NCBI GenBank assembly: GCA_037189525.1
Contig: JBBCJC010000003.1
Span: forward strand, 608,001-672,000
Source of the DNA: Gemmatimonadales bacterium
GTDB lineage: Bacteria; Gemmatimonadota; Gemmatimonadetes; Gemmatimonadales; GWC2-71-9
Length of the DNA stretch: 64,000 nt
Direction of reading: 5' to 3'
Every line of letters begins with the position of its first letter. Within the stretch, counting starts at the first letter, position 1. The notes under the pieces are model-generated. The model was given only the letters and a program-made list of their open reading frames with translations. It made no database searches and was not told the DNA's origin. Below, piece after piece: positions 57,861 to 64,000 of the stretch. The position numbers were made by a program, and so were the translations under genes.

Positions 57861-58271
57861 TTAGCTTTATGCGACGCGAGGCGGATCGTTATCTCACCTC
57901 CAGGCCCGGCCGGCTCTCGGCGGGGCTGATCGTCGCTCGCCTGTATCAATTGTTCCTGTGGTTCCTCCGGGTCCGAGTCGTCGATCGGGCCCGCGGCAGC
58001 TGGTCCCCGTTGCGTTTCGAGAACCCGACCGCTGGTCGGACCGAGGCTGAGCCGTCCGTGCTCGCTTGGGTCCGGCGGTGGAGTCGGCGTCTCGTCAACG
58101 GCTTGCTGCCCGGCTCGGCGCGGTCCCCTCGAGGGGACTTCCGCGCGACCGATCCCGGAAGACGTCTAAGCCCCCAAGCGGTTGCAGTCGGGGCATCCAC
58201 CCTTGCCATCGCGATCCCGTGGTCAGACCTGACGGATGACGGTCTTCCGCGGTTCGCAAAGGACCCTTCGC

Positions 58272-59888
58272 GTGAAGCGCGAGATTCTCATCTCCAGTGG
58301 CCCCCGGGAGACCCGTGTGGCCATCCTCGAGGACGACCGGCTCGCCGAGCTGATGTTCGATCGTCCGGACCACCGCCGCATCGTCGGCGACATCTACCTG
58401 GGCCGAGTCGATGCGGTGCTCCCGGGTATCCAAGCCGCCTTCATCGACATCGGTTTGGAGAAGAGCGCCTTTCTCCATGCCTCGGATCTGCTCGAGCCTG
58501 ACGAAGACGAAGAGCCGAGCGACAAGGACGACGCCGACGACATTCCCGATGTCGACGAGGCGCAGGCCGAGGACAACGGTCGCGCCCGGAACAACGGGAA
58601 AAACGGCGAACCGCGGCAGCGGGAGGCCGGTCGCAAGGCCGTTCCCGATATTGCCGAGATCCTGAAAAAGGGCCAGATCCTCCCGGTTCAGGTCACCAAG
58701 GAACCGATCAGCACCAAGGGCTGCCGGGTCACCGCGCAGATCTCGCTGCCGGGCCGCTTCCTGGTGTACATGCCGTACGCCTCGCGGGTCGGGGTCAGTC
58801 GCAAGATCGAAAGCCGCGAGCAGCGCGCCAAGCTCAGGGAACTGGTGACCAGACTGCTGCCCGAAGATGCGGGCGGTATGATCGTGCGCACCGTCGCCGA
58901 AGGGGTCACCGAAGATCAGTTCGAGCGCGAGGTCGAATCGCTGCTCAACCAGTGGAAGAAGATCAAGCGGAAGCAGGGCTACGTCCGCAAGGCGCCGGCG
59001 TTGCTGCAGCGTGAAGCCAGCCTAACGCGCGGCCTGATTCGCGACGTGTTCTCCGACAAGGTCGACGGCCTCTGGATCGACTCCAAGGAGATCCACAAGG
59101 AAATCGAACAGTACCTGGAGCAGGTCGATCCCGAATTGATGGGACGCGCCCGCCTCTACGCCGAGCCGGTGCCGCTTTTCGATAAGTTCGGCATCGAGGC
59201 CGAGATCAAGGGACTCTTCAAGCCGCGGGTCGACCTGCCATCCGGTGGCTCGTTGGTGATCCAGCCGACCGAAGCGCTGGTGTCGATCGACGTCAATACC
59301 GGCCGGTACACCGGCAAGAAGGATCCCGAGAAGACCATCCTCAAGACCAACCTCGACGCCGCGCGCGAGATCGCCCGCCAGCTGCGCTTGCGCGATCTGG
59401 GCGGCATCATCGTCTGCGATTTCATCGATATGGAGTCGCGCGGCAACCGCGATCGTGTCCTGCAGGAGTTACGAACCCATCTCGGCCGCGACCGGGCCCG
59501 CACCAAGGCGCTCGCGGTGTCCGACCTGGGTCTGGTCGAGATGACCCGGCAGCGGGTCCGCGGCTCGCTCTGGTCGACCATGACGACCGAGTGCCACCAG
59601 TGCCACGGCACCGGTCGGGTCTTCACGCCGGAGGTGGTGAGCCGGCGGATCGAACGGTCGCTCAAGCGGGTGGCCAACGAGCAGCGTGAGCGGCAGATTC
59701 GGGTCCGGCTGCATCCCGAGGTCGCGCTGTACCTGAAGGAAGAGGAGCCCAAGCTGGTGGCCGGGCTGACCCGCCTCCTGGGGGTCGAAATCGAGCTCCG
59801 GGACGATCCGACCGTGCATCAGGACGAGTTCCGGCTGGTCAGTCAGCCCGGGGGCAGGGATGTCACCGAGGTGTATGCCGTAGCCTGA
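58272..59888 (+). CDS. rng: Ribonuclease E/G family
   Basis: [19 protein letters not shown] (S1), [32 protein letters not shown], CxxC.GTG; no long C-terminal scaffold. Confidence 0.93.
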   Translation: MKREILISSGPRETRVAILEDDRLAELMFDRPDHRRIVGDIYLGRVDAVLPGIQAAFIDIGLEKSAFLHASDLLEPDEDEEPSDKDDADDIPDVDEAQAEDNGRARNNGKNGEPRQREAGRKAVPDIAEILKKGQILPVQVTKEPISTKGCRVTAQISLPGRFLVYMPYASRVGVSRKIESREQRAKLRELVTRLLPEDAGGMIVRTVAEGVTEDQFEREVESLLNQWKKIKRKQGYVRKAPALLQREASLTRGLIRDVFSDKVDGLWIDSKEIHKEIEQYLEQVDPELMGRARLYAEPVPLFDKFGIEAEIKGLFKPRVDLPSGGSLVIQPTEALVSIDVNTGRYTGKKDPEKTILKTNLDAAREIARQLRLRDLGGIIVCDFIDMESRGNRDRVLQELRTHLGRDRARTKALAVSDLGLVEMTRQRVRGSLWSTMTTECHQCHGTGRVFTPEVVSRRIERSLKRVANEQRERQIRVRLHPEVALYLKEEEPKLVAGLTRLLGVEIELRDDPTVHQDEFRLVSQPGGRDVTEVYAVA

Positions 59889-59898
59889 GTCTGGGGGG

Positions 59899-59927
59899 TT
59901 GCTCTATCCCGTTCGTCCTGATACACT
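59899..59927 (+). promoter_or_regulatory. sigma70 promoter of rplU-rpmA
   Basis: TTGCTC-17 nt-TACACT with a TG extended -10. Confidence 0.6.
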
Positions 59928-59959
59928 TAGGGGCTTTCTCATAACGTGGACCGTCGGCG

Positions 59960-60274
59960 ATGTACGTGATTTTCAAGGCCTTAGGCCATCAATTCAAGGC
60001 GCAGGAGGGCGATACCGTCCGCCTGCCTCTCATGGAAGCCGAGCCGGGCAGCAAGGTCACCTTCAACGAGGTGCTGCTGACGTCGGATGGCGATTCCGTC
60101 CAGGCCGGGACGCCCTTCGTGGCGAACGCGGCGGTCGAGGCGGAAGTCATCGGCCGGGCAAAGGGCGAGAAGATTTACGTCTTCAAGTTCAAGCGGCGGA
60201 AGAACTACCGCCGGAAGACGGGACATCGGCAGAAGTACACCGACGTGCGCATTACCGCCGTCAAGGTAGGCTGA
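59960..60274 (+). CDS. rplU: 50S ribosomal protein L21
   Basis: [27 protein letters not shown]. Confidence 0.97.
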   Translation: MYVIFKALGHQFKAQEGDTVRLPLMEAEPGSKVTFNEVLLTSDGDSVQAGTPFVANAAVEAEVIGRAKGEKIYVFKFKRRKNYRRKTGHRQKYTDVRITAVKVG

Positions 60275-60276
60275 TC

Positions 60277-60540
60277 ATGGCACATAAAAAGGGCGCGGGC
60301 TCCTCGAGAAACGGGCGCACCGCCAATCCGAAGTTCTTGGGCGTCAAGCGGTTCGGGGGCGAGCAGGTGGTGGCTGGCAACATCATCCTCCGCCAGCGTG
60401 GCACCAAGTTCCATCCCGGGAAGAACGTGCGCCGCGCCAACGACGACACGCTCTTTGCCGTGGCCGACGGTGTCGTGACGTTCGAGTGGAAGTCCAAGGG
60501 GAAGCAGCAGGTGTCGGTCTACCCGGCGCTCGCGAACTGA
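60277..60540 (+). CDS. rpmA: 50S ribosomal protein L27
   Basis: [28 protein letters not shown]. Confidence 0.97.
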   Translation: MAHKKGAGSSRNGRTANPKFLGVKRFGGEQVVAGNIILRQRGTKFHPGKNVRRANDDTLFAVADGVVTFEWKSKGKQQVSVYPALAN

Positions 60541-60563
60541 ACCGTTCCTGCTCGGGCTTTGCC

Positions 60564-60597
60564 AAGGGGTGACCAAACGGTCACCCCTTTTCATTTT
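60564..60597 (+). terminator. Intrinsic terminator after rpmA
   Basis: AAGGGGTGACC-AAAC-GGTCACCCCTT followed by TTCATTTT. Confidence 0.85.
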
Positions 60598-60669
60598 GAA
60601 ACCGCGCCGTACCTTCCTTCGTTGTTGGGGGCGGGGTTTGACGGTTTGGTATCGCCAAGGAGGCGTGAC

Positions 60670-61026
60670 ATGGCATCGGTGTTCGATCGATTTCGGACCG
60701 AGCTGGATCAGCTCGGCGACCGGGTAAAAGACGCGGTGGCGTCGAGCAAGCTGCACGTCGAGCGCTCGAGCCTCGTCGCCGTCCGCAGCAAGGTGGCGTA
60801 CAAGCTCGGCATGCTGGTCTATCGCAAGGACCGCGGCGGAGAAGTCAATCAGGGCGAGATCGACGCGCTCTACGCGCAGATGGATGATGTCAGCGCGAAG
60901 ATCGCCACGATCGATCGCGAGCTCGACGGGTTGGATGACGACGGCGTCCGGGTCGACGAGCAGCCTGCGCCTGCCGCGGAGACGGCCGAAGCCGAAATCA
61001 TCCCGCCGGATTCGCCACGCACCTAG
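60670..61026 (+). CDS. Hypothetical helical/coiled-coil protein
   Basis: RBS AAGGAGG, ATG 60670, amphipathic helices, acidic tail. Confidence 0.75.
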   Translation: MASVFDRFRTELDQLGDRVKDAVASSKLHVERSSLVAVRSKVAYKLGMLVYRKDRGGEVNQGEIDALYAQMDDVSAKIATIDRELDGLDDDGVRVDEQPAPAAETAEAEIIPPDSPRT

Positions 61027-61098
61027 CGATTCGATTCGTCGGGGCAATGAGACTGCCTCCGGGCCGAGCGATATCTGCTCGGCCCGGAGGCAACGTGT

Positions 61099-63201
61099 TT
61101 ACTGGCCGGTCTGCCGGAACGACTGCAGGCGCGGCTGCAAGGCGTTGAGGGCGAGGTTGGGAGCACCCCCGTTGACGGAAACAGGGTCGCCGGCGTTGGT
61201 CACCATCAGGAACGCGACGCCTGAATCGAGGAAGACCGAAGCCCGCGACCGGTTTCGGTTGTTGCTCCCATCGTGCGTGATGTACCGGTTGTTGGCGGCT
61301 TGCGAGGTAATGACCTCCCAGCCGTAACCGTACGCCCTGTTGGCGGCGCTCGGCGTAGCAGCGCTCGTCAGTAGCCGCGCAGTCTGCTGGGGCATCAGGG
61401 TCGATTGGCCCGCATCGGCCCGCATCACTTCCCGAATGAAGGTGCTCCAGTCGCCCAAGCTCATGTGTACTCTGCCCGAGCCTGATGCCCAGCTGTTGTC
61501 GCACGATTCGCAGATTGCCCATCCGGCTCCACTGGGGCTGTGGCCGCTGGGCTGATTGGTCTGTCCGGCGCCGGTGGTAGGCCCGAATCCGCTGTTGGTA
61601 ATGCCGAGTGGCGTCCAGACCTGGTTCTGGAGGGCGGGCTCGAATGAGGTGCCCCAGGCGCGTCCCAGAATTTCGCCCAGGATCTGGTACGCAATGTTGC
61701 TGTAGAAGTAGCTTCCGCGTGGAGCCTGGGGCGGCTGTTGAACCGCCCACTGATCGACGGCCGCGCGCTGCTGAGCGAGCGTACCGGAGAGGGCAATCGT
61801 CGGATTGCCGACGATGCCCGATTGCATCGTCGCCAGATCGCGAATCGTGATTGGCTGGAGCTCGGCCCGTGCGAGCGGCGCAAGCTGCGGATAGCGGGTG
61901 ACCATCAGATCATCCCAGCCGAGCCGTCCGGCGGCAACCGTGACGCCGGCAAGGAATCCGGTCAGGTTCTTCGTGTTCGACCCGATGTGCCACTTGTCGG
62001 CCTGGGTGACCTGGAACTGGGTCCCCCAGCGCCGCACTCCGGCCACCCCGATGGCCAGCACTCCATGTTCGCGTGAAACGATGGTGGCGCCGAGTGCCGG
62101 CAGGTTGAATGCCGCGCGGAGTGAGTCGACGATGCGGGTCAGGTCGCCGGGGACGACACGGATGCGTGCCGTGGCGGATTTGCCTTCGCTGGTGGCGGTA
62201 ATGGTGACGGCTCCGGGCACCAGACCGGTGACGACGCCGACATCACTGACCGATGCGATGGTTGGTGCGCTCGACAACCAGGTCACCGGGCGTCCCTCCA
62301 ACGGTGATCCGCCTTCGTCGAGCGTCGCAACCGTCAGGGTTCGGGTTCGCAGATATTCGACGTCGGAGCTATCGGGAGTCAGCTGGACCGTGGCAACGGA
62401 CGCCGCCGGCAGTTCCAGAATGGCGTACGTGCTGAACGACGAGGTCTGGCCGGTGACGGTGCGTTCCGTAATATCGACCGTACTTCCGGGGACCTCGGTC
62501 CATGCGGAATTCGTGTAGCGATGGAGCCGGAGTCGATTCGGATCCCTGCTGGCAACCGCAGCGGCACTGTACTGCAGCTTGATCGTCACCGGCTGCGTGA
62601 ACGTGGTGCCCGATGGTCCGAAGTCGTAGACCGTTTCGGCAACCAGGCGATCACTGGCTGGTGGCGTTGTCGTGCGCTTGATCGTGATGGTGGTCGACTG
62701 CCCGAGCGCTCCGGCCGGGACCGTGATCACTGCCGCGCCGGCCGCCGCCGTGACCGTGCCGCCTGCCGCCCCGATCGCGGCGCCGTCGAGCACCGTGACC
62801 GTCGCGTTCGCCGTTCGCCCCTCGGATGTCGCGGTGAGCTGGGTGGTTCCGGCGCCGACCGCCGTTACGAGCCCCGATGTGCCGACGGTGGCCACGGCGG
62901 CCGTCGTCGTTGCCCACGAAACGGTGCGCCCGGTCAAGGTGTTGCCCGCCGCATCGCGCGTCGTTGCGGTAAACTGGCGGGTTCCCCCAGGGACCAGCAC
63001 CGTAGTATCAGGCGCAAGGACAACCGTTGCCACGGCCGCCGGCGGTGGGGGCGGGGGTGGAGGCGGCGGCGGGGGCGGAGGGGGCGTGGGCCCGGTTCCT
63101 CCTCCGCCGCATCCGGTCAGAATAGCGGCCGCAACGATGATCGTACCAAGAGCTGAGCAGGCCGTACGACGGCCATCGGTACACCGACCGCGATCACGCA
63201 T
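61099..63201 (-). CDS. Lipoprotein: Pro15 linker, Ig-like (Big_2), ZU5-like, Ig-like, serine hydrolase (beta-lactamase fold)
   Basis: Lipobox LTGC; two Big_2 repeats (W..VATV..G.VT..G..TATSEG); SNTK (SxxK), YSN, HDG. Confidence 0.85.
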   Translation of the reverse strand: MRDRGRCTDGRRTACSALGTIIVAAAILTGCGGGGTGPTPPPPPPPPPPPPPPPAAVATVVLAPDTTVLVPGGTRQFTATTRDAAGNTLTGRTVSWATTTAAVATVGTSGLVTAVGAGTTQLTATSEGRTANATVTVLDGAAIGAAGGTVTAAAGAAVITVPAGALGQSTTITIKRTTTPPASDRLVAETVYDFGPSGTTFTQPVTIKLQYSAAAVASRDPNRLRLHRYTNSAWTEVPGSTVDITERTVTGQTSSFSTYAILELPAASVATVQLTPDSSDVEYLRTRTLTVATLDEGGSPLEGRPVTWLSSAPTIASVSDVGVVTGLVPGAVTITATSEGKSATARIRVVPGDLTRIVDSLRAAFNLPALGATIVSREHGVLAIGVAGVRRWGTQFQVTQADKWHIGSNTKNLTGFLAGVTVAAGRLGWDDLMVTRYPQLAPLARAELQPITIRDLATMQSGIVGNPTIALSGTLAQQRAAVDQWAVQQPPQAPRGSYFYSNIAYQILGEILGRAWGTSFEPALQNQVWTPLGITNSGFGPTTGAGQTNQPSGHSPSGAGWAICESCDNSWASGSGRVHMSLGDWSTFIREVMRADAGQSTLMPQQTARLLTSAATPSAANRAYGYGWEVITSQAANNRYITHDGSNNRNRSRASVFLDSGVAFLMVTNAGDPVSVNGGAPNLALNALQPRLQSFRQTGQ

Positions 63202-63325
63202 GGCTGGAGCTACCTCAGTGAAAGTGCCGCAGGCGAGCGGCGAGCGTCCGGCCCAAAGGCCACGCCGGAGAATGGAACGGGATCGACTATAAACGCGAAA
63301 TCCGCGTGGAGATTGGATCATCGGG

Positions 63326-63367
63326 AAACCAAACGGAGGGGCCTGAACCTGGTTCAGACCCCTCCGT
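63326..63367 (-). terminator. Intrinsic terminator after amidohydrolase
   Basis: ACGGAGGGG.CTGAAC / GTTCAG.CCCCTCCGT stem, with TTGGTTT following on the minus strand. Confidence 0.7.
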
Positions 63368-63391
63368 CGGTGCCCGAGCGTGCGGGGCGAA

Positions 63392-64000
63392 TTACCGGAC
63401 TGGCGGCACCGTCATGTAGCGGTCGCGCAGTTCATGTTCCCGGGTCCGGAGTGACGTCTCCTGCCCACGGATGAAGACCTTCTCGGCCGCCGACGACAAC
63501 TCGAACGGATCGCCGGACCAGACGACGACATTGCCGACGCTTCCGATGGCCAGAGTGCCGTACTGCGGCAGGCCGAGCGCCTGAGCGGGAGCCTGCGTCA
63601 CCGCCTTGAGGGCGTCATCCCACGAGAGACCGTTCCGGACGGCATTGCCGGCGGCAAAGCGAAGGCCGCGTTCGCCGCCCGGGTCGCTGCCGGCGATGAT
63701 GACCGTGACGCCGGCCTCGCGAAGCAGCGTGATGTTATCGAGGCGCGCACCCAACCCGTCGAAGTTCGGGATGTCCTGGTTCGGGCCCACGATCACCGGA
63801 ACCTTGGCCGTCGCAATCGCCTCGGCCACCTTCCAGCCTTCCACCGCACCAAGCAGCACGATGCGGAGCCGATGCTCGCGAGCGAGTCGGAGGGCGTTCT
63901 CGATGTCGATGCGGCGATTGGCCGCAATCACCACCGGGACTTCGCCGCGGAGCGCCGGAAGCAGCGCCGCGAGTTCGTCGACAGGTGCGCTAAAGGGCTG
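63392..64000 (-). CDS. Amidohydrolase-family protein, C-terminal part (truncated by window edge)
   Basis: ALKAVTQAPAQALGL..GTLAIG..NVVVWSGDPFE..VFIRG. Confidence 0.85.
   Translation of the reverse strand, partial: QPFSAPVDELAALLPALRGEVPVVIAANRRIDIENALRLAREHRLRIVLLGAVEGWKVAEAIATAKVPVIVGPNQDIPNFDGLGARLDNITLLREAGVTVIIAGSDPGGERGLRFAAGNAVRNGLSWDDALKAVTQAPAQALGLPQYGTLAIGSVGNVVVWSGDPFELSSAAEKVFIRGQETSLRTREHELRDRYMTVPPVR

Noticed and set aside
57869..58501. 210-aa ORF upstream of and overlapping rng
   Set aside because: Arg/Pro-rich composition, out-of-frame overlap with rng; more plausibly an untranslated leader
63040..63084. Phase-variable simple repeat
   Set aside because: Proline codons are mixed (CCG, CCC, CCA, CCT), consistent with protein-level selection rather than a slippage tract

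Overview
High-GC bacterial chromosomal window, mostly housekeeping. Gene order and protein sequences suggest Gemmatimonadota (inference, not verified). Left to right: the 3' end of a CorA transporter; tmRNA (tag ANTELAMAA); a long minus-strand run lexA, truA-htrA-purB-purC-psd-pssA-purS-purQ-Zn ribbon-purL-purF-ppdK-purE-purK; a HEAT / HD-GYP / GAF-MCP signalling trio followed by panC and yqeK; an ~8.7 kb insertion; a LytR-C gene; glycerate kinase and dehydrogenase; acyltransferase-rlmN; aspS-phoH-ybeY-2xCorC-mgtE; meaB, a B12 acyl-CoA mutase with isobutyryl-CoA mutase residues, a carboxyltransferase and a TPP-II-like S8 lipoprotein; a methyltransferase; a short RecQ; an acyl-CoA dehydrogenase; rne/rng with a long leader; rplU-rpmA; an Ig/ZU5/serine-hydrolase lipoprotein; and a partial amidohydrolase. 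Best candidate for a new system: the insertion, bounded by a diverged duplication of the yqeK/lytR junction. It encodes an ECF sigma of the phosphorylation-activated type, translationally coupled to a soluble NLR-like Ser/Thr kinase-pseudocyclase-STAND ATPase-TPR protein, plus DUF4242. Also notable: an N-terminal domain shared by the adjacent HEAT and HD-GYP proteins, and a candidate SOS box inside the lexA promoter spacer. All calls come from motif recognition by eye; no searches were run.
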